A stretch of 62,862 nucleotides of DNA, filler included, from Hyphochytrium catenoides (lineage: Eukaryota > Protista > Hyphochytriomycota): the NCBI GenBank assembly GCA_900088475.1. It is 11 parts of 11 records of this genome, joined end to end, with 100 filler letters (N's around TTAATTAATTAA, not from the genome) between each part and the next. Parts side by side here need not be neighbours in the genome. Positions count along the whole stretch, not along the records: positions 1 to 17,320 come from FLMG01001779.1; 10 more parts are not named here. One strand, written 5' to 3'. The notes under the pieces were generated by a model. The model had not been told where the DNA came from. It worked only from the letters and a program-made list of their open reading frames with translations, and ran no database searches. Position 1 is the first letter of the stretch. Each line of letters starts with the position of its first letter. Made by a program: the position numbers and the translations under genes. Below are positions 1-14,600 of this stretch, piece after piece.

Positions 1-3000
1 CTCTTTTGTGGTTTTCTACTGCCTCTTGCTACGAGAGAAGCCCTGCTCCCTCAAAAAGTGCTATCACAACCTTAGGCGTGTGCTGGTCCTATGCTTTATC
101 TTTCTATCTATCTTGCATGAGCCTACCTCATGCTGTTTATCCGCCTATCGATCTCAGGCTCAGCAGCGGACGTATGACATTTCAACGGCTATAGATGTTC
201 TCTTTGGAGGGACCTACTTGCGTCTCCCAAGCATCATTAAAAATGTCGGTGTGCCTCCGGAGGTTCCTCTGTTGGGTCCTGAGGAATTGACGGATCAACT
301 GGATGACTTACTGAGATATAGAATCCTTGGGACGGAGGTGCCTGAAGAATTCAATATCGTCCAGGTATCATCGCAGACACAGTTGCAGTGAGATCATCAG
401 GGGAAAGTACTCCAACGAATATCGGCATGCATCGGCCTAGAGTCTTTCAGAAGTAGTGACATCGATTGATCCTGTAGCCTTTCCTCCCTGTCAAGGTGTC
501 TAGACTAAGCATCCCTAACTTTCTTGTTTCACTTCCAACCCTACCATTCACCTCGCAGATTGCGAATGGGATGCTTTATTGTGCAGTGGAGGATGAGTTT
601 GAAATATACCTTACCCTTCTTGGTAGTGATGCCACCAGCCGCTGGCGCGTATTACAGGTCAGAACAGCGCTGATTGCAGCGGATGATGAAGGAGTCGATG
701 TGGTAAGTAGAAAATCTTCAGTTTGGGTATTTCTTCCATGTCTGGGAAATTTCTTGAGCAGCAGCACCCTAAGGGGTACCGCCTAGAGTTTGCTCCATCT
801 TCACAGGCAAATCGTCTGCCTTCCTACCTAATAAGTAACCTTGTTCTCATTTGTGAATGGATATAGACAAGTAGTCTGGATGTGCTCAGGATGGCTCGTC
901 GGGGCTTGACCCCAACGAGAGAGCACTATATCCACCTTCGCAACCTTATACAGAAGCGTATGGATTCCTCTTCTTCCCCCTTAAAGGACGCTTTCATCGT
1001 GATGAGGGATTTCTGCTCATATTTGGCTCTAGAGGTCTGACATAGTCTTATCTAATAAGATCTTCTCTGGCTGAGTCTAATGCCTCGGCTCCGCAAGCAG
1101 TTGGTCGCCTCGGAAGGGCTCACGTTGGAAAGGGGCCGATGGAAGTCCTATCTCAAGGTTCACTTCCACAGGAAGGAGTTTATTGTTGACCTGTGCTACT
1201 GGGATGCTGTGGCGAAGTTGGAGAACACGGCTAGTGCCCACCATGAAAACGATGAAGACGAAAAGGGCTTTCGGAGAGCACCTCTTCCGGAGGACTGCTA
1301 CTGCTTTAGATTGATGCTCGGTGAGTGGCGCTTCCAAGCCACCGTCCAGAGTCTTAGTGCGCATAAGGACATGTATTGCCTTCTTCTGTTGTTTGGACTT
1401 CTCAATGGCGTTCAGCTCTTAGTAATTGAACTCCCCTAACTCCATTGTCCTTCCTAGGCACGGATAAAAGTAGTCTGCTGGATTCGCGGATCTACCCACG
1501 CCCGTCCTTAAAAAATTCTTTAGACTACCAGTTCTACCAACGCCTAAGTTCACGGCCAAGGCTAAGGGACATTAGTGCCGAAAAGCTACTAGGAGAGGCT
1601 CTTCGCTCTCATGCTGCAATGAGGCTGCAGGCGCTATTTAATAGGATCATCGACAGATGCGTCGTTGAGACCATACGACGAAGAAATGTTAGAAACGAGG
1701 TAAAAAGTACTAGGTGCTATGATAAAACTGCTCCTCGCCTTGCATACGATAGTTGGAAGCCAGCTAATTTGTCGTTCTCCAACTTGGTTAGGCTGCCGTC
1801 AAGCTCACAACAGGCATCAAGATCGTTGTGACGCTAAGAGAGGCAGACCTTCAGATTAGTGGATCAGAGTTTGATTTCATTCCTTGTACAATAGACATCA
1901 CAGTAGATAGGAGGTATAAGCTGCTGTCGTTCCTTGCTGTCTGCCTGCGCGTCGTCTTTAATCTTAGTCAGCTCTGACTTCCTCGTCCATCTACGTGCAC
2001 ATCTACGTGCCTTTCAACTGCGTCCTATCTATTGTATCGCTATGTTTTTGTTGGATACAATCTCTCTGTAACATTTCGTTGTGAGAATGCTCGTAACTGA
2101 CTGAGAGTACTTCCTAGAACGGGCCATTATGTGGTAAAGGGCTCCGAGGAGCAAAAGGCTGTAGGGGATGCCAGACTGAAGCTTCAGGACACTCTTCGCG
2201 GTCCAGCTAAGAGCGGTGAGAAGACGTCTACTTCATCCTACCCTGGACCCCCAGACATTCGATTCTAACTGGAGACCGATTCCTGACATCTCTGTTATCT
2301 TCCTCGGCACAGGTGAAGGAGAACGTAGGGCTTTAGAAGCTGCCATCTGCAAAGTGCTACGGGAGATTGTCTTTGACAGCATGGCAGAGTGCGGAAGGTA
2401 AGGGAGAAAGTGACAAGTAGAAAGGGAAGTCAGTAAGGAGGTGGAGCGATAAAGTGGAAAGTGATCGCCATATGGTGAAATTTACTCGCTCCCGTTCGTC
2501 TAGGCTCGTACTGAGTGCCGAGACTTTCAGAACACTTCCTCTGGACTGGTCACTACAGCTGGAACTAAAGAAGAAGGCTCAACTCCAAGGTCAGGCTATT
2601 GAATTAGCGGGAAGGGGTACTCAGAATTGGCTCGGCGGGGGCATTTTGTTAATGTTCCCGGATGACTGGAGACCGTTCTCAATGGCGTCCTACTGTCTTC
2701 TTCATGACATGTGGCCAGGCTAATACTCATACACCTTTTACATTATGTAGGGCTCAATTCAGAGGATGTAGTGGTGTCCCTGTCCAAGGACTCCATTTTC
2801 TTCCTGCTTGCCAGCGCGCAGAGTGTTTTCTACTTCTTGGCAGTTGAGCTGGACCGTACAGCCAAGTTTAGAAGGTAGGAAGGATGCGTCTTCCATAGCT
2901 TCTATAGTGATAGTGATGAGTCCTCTGACCAAAAGACGCTGAGTACTCTACCACCTACCATCTCCCTATGTACGTCTATTTGAACTAAGAATTGTCCTCT

Positions 3001-6000
3001 AGCGCCCACATTGATGTTGGAGAATCCATAAACAGGCCATCCTTCACTTTCCTTACGGCCAAGAGACCCACTCAACCCAAGGTAAACTCATTGATACTGT
3101 TATCCGCTACGGTGCGCCCCAATACAGGCCAATCACTGGCATTTTTAACATCAACGCCCTGGCATCTTTTCCCTGCCTTCTATATGAGCTTTTAGGACCC
3201 TTCCTCCTTGTGCTGCATGACATTCCGTCTCTTCGATTATCAAGTCACTCCTCTCTGCCCAGTTCTAAGCTGCGGTCTCTCCTTGACTCTTTTCCTCTCC
3301 GTCCTCTGTTTGACCCTTCCCACTTTTTTGAAGACGGCTATGTTTCGAGTCGAGAAAGTCCACCGGCTACCTCCTCTGTCAGCGAGGAGACTGGCCTTAT
3401 ATGTGTCCTCCGATGCCCCTACCTCTCAAGTCCAGAATGGGTTAACTCCGGCCCACCGTAAGCCGACACCGTTAGACAGAAATGGGGACGGGCTGGACTT
3501 TGTTGGAAAACACAAAGAATTAGGGAAAGATAAGGAGATGCTACGGATGCTGCCGGACGGGTTACAGCAGAAGCTGTCTTCTCTCTCACGTCCAGATCCA
3601 CTTCCAAGCGCTAAGAAGACTAAGCTAGTGCCAGAACATGGCAGAAGCGACATCTATTTTCCGCAGAAGGAACGCGCCAATGCCATTGCAATAAAAGGAA
3701 CCAGAAATGGGCTATCCCAGGTAGGTGTGATGAAAAAGACGGACCCGAGAAGGGGTCCACGGGGACGCGTTTGACTCTAGAAGTCTAGTGACAGCAAAAG
3801 GGTGCTCCTTCCAACCATGTTGGTAATACATTGCTTTAGGTGGTCATTGTACTTCGCCATACCTGTTATTCATGGTACTTGGGCCGCTGTTGACAGGCAA
3901 GCATACAAACAGCAGCCGAAATGGCGAAGAATACGAGGCTCGGTGGACTTTTGGTTGAAGCTGTGAGGATGTGCAAAGAGTTTTACCAGCACTTCCAGGT
4001 AGATATATCCGTTAGTAGTACCCCAATGTGTTTCTACTTTTGGTTACTTTGGGAAGATTGCTAATTCTAGCACATGCTGCAGATATGGACAATCCTCAAG
4101 CAGTTCCATTTAACATTCAAGGACGTTGGAGAGGCTGCCGCAGATATTGACTGCGTACTTGGAGGCCAAGTTTTTGCACTGGACGTTCAAAATGTAAGGC
4201 TTTTCACAATCCGACGGGTCTGTCACATTGCTCCTCCTTGTCAACACCTTCCATGGGATAACAAATGCCTAGCATGAGGTCGTTCCTTTACGACTCGAGA
4301 TCTGTTTTTCACTCTCTTACACTAACGTCTTTTTGATAGCGCTTCATGTTGAGTCATTTCCTGGCTGATGTTACCTTGATGAATCCTGCTGACTGCGAAT
4401 GTCTCAGACGATCAAGAAAATCCAGGAGTTCTCACAAAAAGGCTCGTCTTCGTCCCTTCCGTCGTTCGAACCCCTTACGATCTCTTCGATTATGATCCGC
4501 CTAATTCCTGGCGGAGGCTGGGAGTTCCGGGTGGCGCAGACAAACCGTGCAATTCCAATACTTCTTGCAGAGCAGCTCACAGATTTCGAGTTTGAGGACA
4601 CATCGAGGCTAGGTCAGTAAGGAGGGCCATGAAGCTGCTATAAGCAGTCGTAGCCTTCGGCGCTTATGCTTTTTTTTGGTTCAGTAAAGGCGATTGACTG
4701 AGTCTCAAGCAAGGGGTTGGCGGGTCGCATCTACTCTCTTGACCAGCAGCTCTTTCCCACCACCTTTTAGCCTGCTTCTGTCAAAATTTGTCTTGTCTCC
4801 TTCATGCTTTGGTGATCTCGTTTAACAAGTCTCGCCCTTGATCACTTCAGGAGAGAGGGTCTGCCCTCATAGTATCAAGGCGGATGGCACTCTGCTGCTC
4901 CGGTACCCCTGCTCCAGCGGCTTCTGGAGCTTCAAGAACCCTGCAGAGAGTCCGCTTCTTACATTTATCAACGAGTTGGTTCTGGAAATCAGACCCCTTG
5001 TCAAATTTGGGGTAGACCTGAAGAATTATCTCGCAGACAGCGCCAGTGAGTGTCCTTCTAAAATTAACGCTTTTTGTATGCACTCTCTCTTCAATCAAAT
5101 GGGATCCACCCCACGGAACTAAGTGGTGCTAGGTCATTATGTTTGATGTCTTGGGGCAGCATTTTCTTTTCTTTCGAGTGTTGGACTTATATAACAACGT
5201 TTGACTGTTTAACTGTACCATCTCTTCTAACTCAGCGAATGGCAATATCTCCCGGCACTGGCGGATGGAGCATATGGACTACTTTCGTATCATCATCGCC
5301 ACGACGGCTCCTAACCCTAGACAGAACATCGGTGCTGGAGGGACTCCTGACGGTAAGACGAAATCTAGTTCGGTCGGCAATATTAAATTGAAAGGCAAGG
5401 CAGCCCCTTATCTTTCAGAGATATTGATACTCCTGGCGTTCGAGCGCGCCGCGCCCTATCTTCCCCATGGCGACGCCTCCAAAACTGTGTGCACCTTACA
5501 AACTGCTGTTCAATCTGGCAGGGGCCCTTACTCACCGCGTGATGATTCGATGTCGTAAAAACAAGGGGTTTGAACTACTCTTCTCGCGACAAACAAACTA
5601 TCCTTTAGCAGACTACGTTGAGTCAGCCCTAAACACTTACAAGAGGTAACCTGGCGGCCAATATATATTTTCCATGCTGGACAGCCCGCTTTTATGCAAA
5701 TTGGTCGCTGGCTAATGTGTCGGGAAGCATTCGTCCAATATCGCTGGCACCACCTCCCTCCCTTATCTACATTAGTTACACTCTCATTGCACTTTGTGGC
5801 CTACCTAGAGCGTCCTAGCTTCTGAACGACGTGTCATACACGTTGTTCACTCTCAACGTCATAGCGAAGAGTCTTTGGGTTGTGCCTATCCTTCTAGTAT
5901 AGTTTTACCTTTTTATCGTCGCATCCGGGATTAACGAGCCCACTAACGAGCCTTTGTCGGTTCCCTTATTTCTCCAGCCCTGAACAATTGTTATTGGCTC

Positions 6001-6947
6001 TACAGCGGACCATCGTACCAATTACTATCATAGCAGCTGCAATTGAGGGCAAGATGCTCTTGGTGCGCTCTCTGAGGCATGATAGCAGCTCAAAGTAAGC
6101 TGAGCCCGCTTTTTAGAACAAGCTCTGCTAGAAGATATAGATAGAATATAGTCCCTGACACATTTGTCTGCATAACGCTGTCTCACTAGGTATAGCGGCA
6201 AGAAAGGTGCCGGAGGAAAGAAGGGAGGCAAGGGCAAGAGTTATGTAAGTGGTGATAGTATGTGCTCTCATCGTCTCCATGTCTTCAGACTCCCTGTGCT
6301 TGAAGCCGTCCTATCCTATTTCGGGCCTGAGGGTGCATTGTTGTCATCGAAACCTCTCTTCTAACCCCCCGAATTGCTGGCTTCAAAGAGTTCTAATCTG
6401 CTAGCTTGCCTCAATGTCTTAAATCTCTGCCTCCATTCATGGTCTTGAGATTGTGTGGTCAGTGTGAGTCATTTGTTTTTGCAACTCATGCTGGTATGCA
6501 GCTAAACTACAATAAGCCCAAGAGTAACGCACTAGCGTTGGGGGCCCGATCAGACTCTCGGAATGAGGAACGAGATATAGTGGTTGGAGAGCTTCTTTTA
6601 ATCCCTCGAGCGCAGAACAGGGTGAAGCTTGTCTATAGTAACAGGGCTGGAGTAGAGATAATATTTCTTCAGGTCAGTGCACAGATGGATGGAAACCCTT
6701 GGCTGGTACGACGGAGAGAGAGAAAGATCACTTTTCAAGAGAGCACTAAAAGGTTACTTTAAGAAGGCTACACTTTCGCACTCCTGCTAAAATCACTTCT
6801 TGTCTACAGGGAGAGCAGGTCCGGATCCGCCCTGTCCCGGGAAGTTTACCTATTCCTTCGTATAGCGCTCCGGAAGGAGTTTTAGTGTCACACTCTCGAC
6901 TGGAAGAGCGAATGGATAGCTTATTGCAAGAGATGGCGCAGCTATGA
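1..6947 (+). CDS. MED14: Mediator complex subunit 14 (multi-exon, 5' end outside window)
   Basis: Exon peptides match MED14 N-terminal motifs: TYDISTAIDVLFGGTYLRLP, IANGMLYCAVEDEFEIYLTL...RWRVL, PLKDAFIVMRDFCSYLALE, ERGRWK and IDITVDRR|TGHY. GT-AG introns seen (e.g. 365-558, donor at 703). Putative last exon 6810-6947 ends LQEMAQL*. C-terminal exons and the end point are less certain than the family call. Confidence 0.75.
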
Positions 6948-7503
6948 GACACACTTCGCCTTCTTCTCCGTCAAACTTCTTCTCCGTCAAACTAATTGGT
7001 CTGTTCTTTTACTTCCTATTCCTATTTTATTATAAAAACCTAAGCCTAGGAAGCGCTCCCGTTCTTCCGTTAATTCTCTTCGAACTCTTTGCTAGAGTTA
7101 TGCGCTTCTCTCTCCTGAGCCCAAGCTAAGGCGAGATGGGACTAGCGAAAGGGGCCTGGGGGCCTAGGTAGATTATTGTTCAATGGCTAGAAGCGTAGGG
7201 CAAAGAGACACTGCGAGATGCAGCTTCTTCCTAATATGCTACATATTCGTCGATGTTTCTTGTCAATCCCACTTCTCCAAAGGGAAAGCCTTCCCAGTAC
7301 TCCCTAGACTCAATCTCAGCCAAGAAGGGCATGAACGTGAGATCCTATGAGGCCGTGCTCTCAACATGAGCATCACTCTTTTGGATTGATGGCCCAGGCC
7401 CGCCTTGGAAGGAGCCTGCTTTGCTCAATTATGCCGCGCTATATCACGCCTCTTATCTCCTTTGTTTCGCTTATTTAGTCTTCCTTTCCCCTTCAGCTCT
7501 TCT

Positions 7504-10500
7504 CTATCCTCCATTCTGAGCAAGGATATCGTTGATCATTCGCTCCGCCATGTCAATTTCTTTCGGCGCCCCACTGAGCGTCAGTGGGCGGTATACAGCG
7601 CCTCCAGGACCACCGACTCGCTGGGTCTGCATCTTGATTCGAGCACCAGAGGTACCAGAAATCTGGGAGAAGAAAGGGCGGGACAAAGGAAAAGGAGGGT
7701 AGGGGAGATAGATTTAGTTGAAATTGGCACTGTCCACGGCGCCACAGATGACTTAGCAGGGTTAGGACGTGAAGCGAACCCCGCAGAAATGCATAGGTAA
7801 GAATGTATAGGCACCGTATAGGGACGGAAACTGGAACATGTTAGTAAGAGGGGAGTGCCGTTCTAAGGAAGGAAAGTGGGCAACCCAGTGGTTTGTCAAA
7901 GACCCCGCACTAAGTAGAATAGGAGGCTCCTTACCTCCTTGATCACGTGCCCTCCTTTCCCCAGCACTGCCCCTGCCAAATGAGCAGGAATATTCATGGT
8001 TCTTGACGATGGAGCGGCGCTTCTACCCCTGCTACCTCTCTCTGGCCCTGATGGCCCTCGCGGCATATCCTCTACGTATCCTCTCTCTGAGGAGGGAGGA
8101 GGAGCTGCATAGTTATCACCATATCCAGGGTAGGCTGGCGGTACGTAAGAAGAAGATGCGGGAGGCGGGGCATCTGTGTATCCTCTTCCGGCTCTCTCGT
8201 AACCTTCTCCTGCGCTTCTCTCGTAGCCGCCTCCTCTATCATATGCTCCTCCACCTCTTTCCAATCCTCCTCCTCTTCTCTCGTAACCGCTTCCTCTCTC
8301 TCCGTATCCGACGCCTCCTCCACCTCTGCTATCATAAGATCTATCATTGTACCCGGAGCTCTGAGCTTGGCCCAGAGGCGGCGGGGCTGCTGGAGATAGT
8401 AAGAAACCTGACTGAGATGGCGGCAGACAAGACAGCGAGAATACGAGCCATGACATCACAGAATAGAATGATTACCAAATAGAGGGGAGAGTGTGGGCTA
8501 AATGCTAGGGAGGGGTCAACATGGACCGCTTGTCTAGGGAGTAGATTGAAGTCCAAGGCGAGAGTCTAGAGGCTAGTGCCAAAAGCGCTCTGAGATAATG
8601 GAGGCACCACCAAAGGAAGTTACATGGCCTAGATGGAAGCTTCGTCTTACGTGAGTAAACGGGTGGTAGGTCCATACTGGCGTCCGGACCTGGAGGCGGC
8701 AGGTAGGTGTCGTACGAACCGCTCATAGACTAAAATCGTTCCACCCAGCAAGACGCGTGAAAGAGGAATAGAGAGGTATGAGTGAAAGAAATCCACTGCA
8801 TGGGACCACTCCTAAGAAAGGCAGCCAGAAGAGAGAAAGGAGCCAGGAGATCCACGCAGCCCATCCACAGGAAAATAAAGTCGAACTCGATTGACCATGA
8901 AACATGCGAGACAGTGTTGAGGAAGTACCGTGTACGTACCGGTGGCGGCATATCCATCCCTCCGCCGCCGCCATAAGGATATCCTCCGTCTCGAACGGAA
9001 CGAGGGGGGGAGGCGGCATGAGCAGGTGGTTGCACTTGGTAGCCCGAAGATGGCGGTTGGTAGGACAGAGTGGGAGGCTGATAAGCAGGTGGAGGTTGTT
9101 GAACTGGAGGAGGAATGTGTGGATCGGGTGGCAGATATGAGCTGGCTGCACGGGGAGAAGAGGTTGTCACCGGAAGAGGGAGAGGATGGACAAACGCATA
9201 GTAAGGGAATAGAAAGAGAGCAGCGGAAGAAGAAAGCACGTGCTTGTTAAAAGTGTTGCCTTTCGCTCTTACAGCTGAAGTGGTTGGTGGAGTGGCAGAC
9301 AATGAGGGCGGGATACATAAGAGGAAGACCAAGTCAAGGACGTACGACAAGGATCAGACTTTTGTGCAAAAGCAGAGACGATGGTCTAACAACCAAAATA
9401 ACGGGAACTAGGGCCAAGAAGAGAGTATGCCAAGCTTAGATAGAGTAAGAACTAAAGAGAGAGAAAAGCAGAGCAGTGAGGCTCCCCATTGGTTTACCTG
9501 GGGGCGGCCTGTACTGTGAAGGAGGCGGCATGGAGCTGCCCCGTCTGGGAGGGCTATAGGATGTTCGAGAGGGAGGAAGATCCTCATATCCTCTACCACC
9601 TCCGCTGCCTCCGCCGTAACTTCCAGGAGCCACTGGATCGTAAGAACCATTGTCGTAGCCTGCAGTGACAGACAGACAGAAACGGAGGAAACCCAGAGCT
9701 GTGAGCGAGCGAGGTAAGAAGAGATAGAAGCCAAGAGCGACCTGTGCTTAGAAAGAAAAAAAAAGAACGAAATTAGAGGAAAAACTGGGACCGGTAATAG
9801 TCTGAAGATGAACAATGCGTTCTCACTGAGAGACCAGTGGTTTGCCCTCTGTACCTGGTTCTCTCCAGCCTTCAGTTACAATTCCTCCTCCTCCGTGATG
9901 AGGAGCTGAAGAAAGCGGAGGCCCACGAGTTTCATAATAAGGTGCAGGCCCTCCTCCGCCTCCGCCTCGAGGTGGAGGAGCTTCCCTGTGCCGGGGAGCT
10001 TCGCTCTCTCTCTTTCCTGGAGGTCCTGGAACAGCCATTGGACAAAAGTTAGAGTTAGAGGGCAAAGGGAGGCCATGAGTCAATAGTAACTACAGTCTCT
10101 CTCTCTCTCTCCCTCTCGCTCGCTTTCTGCCTTTCTTTCTAATTCCTTCAAGGCCCGTCTATACTCTTTCCTTTCATTCACGACTCTCACCTCCGTCGTC
10201 TAGCAGCCTGTTTTCTATGAGTCTCCTAGCCATTTCGATATTCTCCGGCGCCCCGATGATGGTAACTTCTCGATCCTGACCGGGCAAGGTCTCATGTCGA
10301 CCAGTAACATTGATCGTACACCTGGCGGGTGGTAAGAAGACAAAGGTGAGAGAAAGAGAGAGAGAGGCAGAAAGAGAGAGACAGAGAGAAAGAAGAGAGG
10401 GAAAAGTACTCCCCCCTTCTCGGACACATCGCAAAGCGAGAAAGCAGCACACAGTACCGTGAGAGGTCATTAAGAGTCTTGATTGTAGCTCCTCCCTTGC

Positions 10501-11584
10501 CTATAATAAGGCCTATCAGGTGCTCAGGTATGAGCATCTTGAAAGAGGAATGGGCAGTAGGAGGAGGACCAAATCCTCCTCTCTCTCCTCCCCTGGCAGG
10601 AGGAAAGTCGCCTGCTCTCCCTCTGCCATGAGGAGGAGCTTCTCGCCCAGCTCCATAGTCGAGATATCTATCATCTCTGTCCCTACTTCTATCACGCCGT
10701 CGCTCTCCTCCGCGATCTCCTCTCTCTAAGCTGCGGTCAAAGCGACGGTCCATCCGTTCTCGTCCGCCTCTTGGTCCTGTCTCTCGCTCTCTGCTTCTGA
10801 AAGGCTCCCTTCCTCCTCTTTCTCTGTCTCGGCTTCTTTCTCTCTCTTCTCGCCGAGAGGCTCTCTCTCTCTGACCACCGAATCTGCCTCCTCTGCCTCC
10901 ACGGTCATCTCTCTTGAATACAAAGCAGTTAAAGGACTGTTACTTTAGAAAACGATGGCCGGGACTAAGACGCGAATGGAAAGAGAGACTGAGTAGGCCC
11001 AAAATCGAGAGATCTCCTCCCGCAGCATGACCCATGTTATCTCTAAACGACAGCGCCTTACCCGACGGTCTCTGTCTCCTCTGTCTCTTGATCTGTCTCT
11101 CGGCTTCTCCCTATCTCCACCACCGCCACCCTGCCGTCCTCCTCTCCCTCTGTCTCCTCCTGCAGCTTCCTGCACGAGCAGAAAAAGTTCCATGAATTGT
11201 CAACTACGCAGGTACGCGAAAACCCAGCGAAAGCTACTTTGGCGTCTAAAGGGAAGTACTTCAGGCCAGGAAGCAGGCGCAATGAGACCACAAGAGACCT
11301 GGGACCGAAGATTGACAAGCGAGAGGAGAAGAGAAAGAAGTAAAGGAAGAAAGCTTGACCCGAGAAAGAGGAGAGCCTAAGCTTCACATCAATTCAAAGA
11401 AAAAACTTCCATCTGTATGGCGGGAGCGTACCACTGCCCCTGGAATGTGTGTCCTGTCTGGCTCTTCCATTGAAACAAGGATCATTCTCTATAAGAATAG
11501 CAAGAACCCAGTAGTAAGCAAAGCTCAATAATGTAGACTACACAGAGAAAGCAAAGCCCTTGTCGTCATATGGGGAGAGAGTGT

Positions 11585-11616
<32 letters not shown>

Positions 11617-14600
11617 AAGACAGCCAATCAGAGCGATACTGTGCTGACACGAGTGTGACACTCTTAGATAGAGAAAAGTCTGACCTGCATATCCAGAATC
11701 TGGTCCTTGGTGCCTGTGAGGATGATTATCCTATGCTTACTGGAGGATGGCATGTCATTCTCCGGAATCACTTTGATCTGGCACTTCGTCTCGTCCTCCA
11801 TCTCCCTTTGATAGCACCGGAGGAGTGTGTTAAAGGCTGCAAGTAGATCTAAAACGACGGGACAGGGAGAGGGAAGATAGCTCTGCCTTCTTACAAAGGA
11901 AGGAAGAAGGTCCACCCCTTTAAGGCAAAACGGCTTTGACAGACACCGTGACAATCCAGAAGAGATAAAGCTAGACATTCTTTCTCTCTCTTTCTCTCTC
12001 TCTCCCCCTTGCGATGGGCCACGAAGGTCCTTACTTGATGTGATTGCCTTTCTTCCCTATGATCCCTCCCACGGCAGCTTTGGGAACGACCATCTTGATG
12101 CTAACTTCGTCCTGGGAGGGATCATCTGGCATTCCTTTCAGCTGGGCACTTATCATCTCACTGATCATCGTTTTAGCCTAGAGGAAGAGAAGAACAAAAG
12201 CAGGTTGGGCCCATTAGACTAGATAAAGGCACACGACAAGAGAAGAAATAAAAGTAGGCTAAGAAGAAAAAGGATCAGAAAGAAAGAGAAACAGAGAGAG
12301 AGTTTCCAGGTGGCGAAGTGTACGCCTTGCGCGTGGGACCGGTTGCAGAAACAAAGAGGAAGGCTAGATGAAGCACTCACCTTCTCAACTTCTTCTAACG
12401 ACCCATTGATCATCACCGACCGGTCACTAGAGCCAAAGATAACGTCTTCCTGAGGGGCAATCTGAGGAAACAAAGTGCTCATCAGTAAAGAGTGAAGACA
12501 GGACCAGTGACACTTGTGCCTGCGGGCACAAGCCAACAGTATGTAGTGTTCAAGATAGAGCACTTCTTCAGCTTACCTTTACTCTAGCGCCAGTCTTGTC
12601 ACAGATGTCTTTGATGTTCTGTCCTCCTTTACCGATAAGAAAGCCCACCTGGTAGAGACGAAGAAAGAGTTTAGTTAAAACCCCTTCCACAGAGCACAAA
12701 AGATAGCCAGCCAACCATACGAACTGGATACGCGAAGAGACACGTAAAGATATAGAGAGAGACATAGAGGAAGAAAGCGGCGGGGGAAAGGGCAGAGAGA
12801 GAGAGGAGAGAAACATGGAGTCCACAAGCAAAAGGGCGAAGGCGTAATCCAGGGAAGAAGTGATAGAGCCATCCTTCTTACCGCCTTATTGGGAACATTG
12901 ACGATGACCCCTGAACCTTCTATCGATTGCTCATAGGCTCTCCCACCTGCGGTCTCTTTAACACGCGATAGGGCCTAACAATGTAGAGCTTCCTTAGTCA
13001 TAAACATTAGCAACCACGTCCTCGACGGTCTGCACTCTCTCTCTTATCCTCCCACCCGCTTCAGGAAAGCTAGGTGCAAGACTGTCGGCGATGGCCTCTC
13101 TTCTCTCTCGCCACCAAAGGAAAGTCCGCTTCTCCAAAGCCATGATTTTGCCAGTGAACCCGTTCTCTGTTCTGTCTCTTGACCTTTCATCGCCCAGTGC
13201 CTTGTCTTGCTTCCGCTTGTACTCACCTCGTTTACTTTGGCCTCCGTCTCGCCTATGATTGTGACTATTCTTTCTTTACTGCCTGGGGGCATGTCATCCA
13301 AATGTGCCACCCGAACCTGTGCCCCAGCTCTCAGAATGACAATCGGATGGAAGTTCAAAGGCTAAAAGGTGTCCAGACCTGTGTGTTTGTGGCTTCTGAA
13401 AGTTGAGCGATACCTTTCCCACCCTTTCCGATGAGCATGCCAGCGCTATCATTTGAGATCAGCCACTTCACGATGTATTTGCCTACAGCGAAGAATATGA
13501 CAGGACCCGAGATTGGTGACCTTCGCGATCAAGATAGTGCTGTTCTACTTCTAAAGCAGACAGGCGCTGCTACTCTTAGCTTTCCCCTTGTTCCTAGCTG
13601 GTGGCCTCTCTGGGTTCTCTTTCACCCTGCCGTCCTAGTAGCCGATCATTGGCTTACCGCTAAGACTGACCACCTTATCTGTTCCATCATGGACCTCGAG
13701 CTCTCTGGCTCTATCAAGCATCGCCGCCCTCATGATGTCCATAAGCATTAACTGCAAGCAGTGACAGCGCAAATGCTGTCAGCGATATCGGTGACAACTG
13801 AGAAGGAACGGAGATGTAGGAACGGCACTGGGGCCCTTAGAAGCTGAAAGCCGCAGCAAAGAAAGCGCAAGTTGATGGGGGCATTCTTAGTTTCTCGTAC
13901 TTGTGCCTTGCCTACTCCTCCCAAAGGCCCTGTAAGGGTGACAAGCTTCTCCTCAGGATGGCCAGGAGCTGCATGTGGCTGGACCAGCACTTTGCAGTGG
14001 CATTTATCAGAGATCTCACGTACAGCTGAGCCCTTTTTGCTACAGCGAGAGAGAGACAGTCGATCTGAGCAACTCCAAGGAAGAAGGAATAACAGGTGAA
14101 TGGGATCAAAGCAAGCAGAAAGAGAACGGGAAGAGAGACAGAGACTGCGTGGAAGTTGCAAGAGGACGATAGCTGACGCGACAGAGCAAATCGGCCATTA
14201 AGCTATTTAATGCAGCAGCATTAGGCCTGCATTGCTTACCCGATGACGGCTCCCACATAGTCAGCGGGGATCATGATGGTCACGGCCACAGGCATTCCCT
14301 TATCAACGCCCACGTTCTGTCTTTTGGCTATAGAAAGGCATTAGGTGAGGAGGGGCACAGCAAAAAAGAGGAGGAAGAGAGAGAATAATCGGTACCCAGA
14401 AGAGGCCATCACGGCCCTGCGAGCAAGAAGAGAGGACAGACAGCATTGAAGTGTAGACCAGCAGAACTCAGCACGCTAAGACTTTGGTCGTCGTAGCAGT
14501 GGCTCGCCAGAGAGAGTGAGAGATATAAGAGAGAAAGAGGGAGAGACAGACAAAGAGAAAAAAGAGAGAGAGAGAGAGAGACATAGACAGAGCGAGAGAG

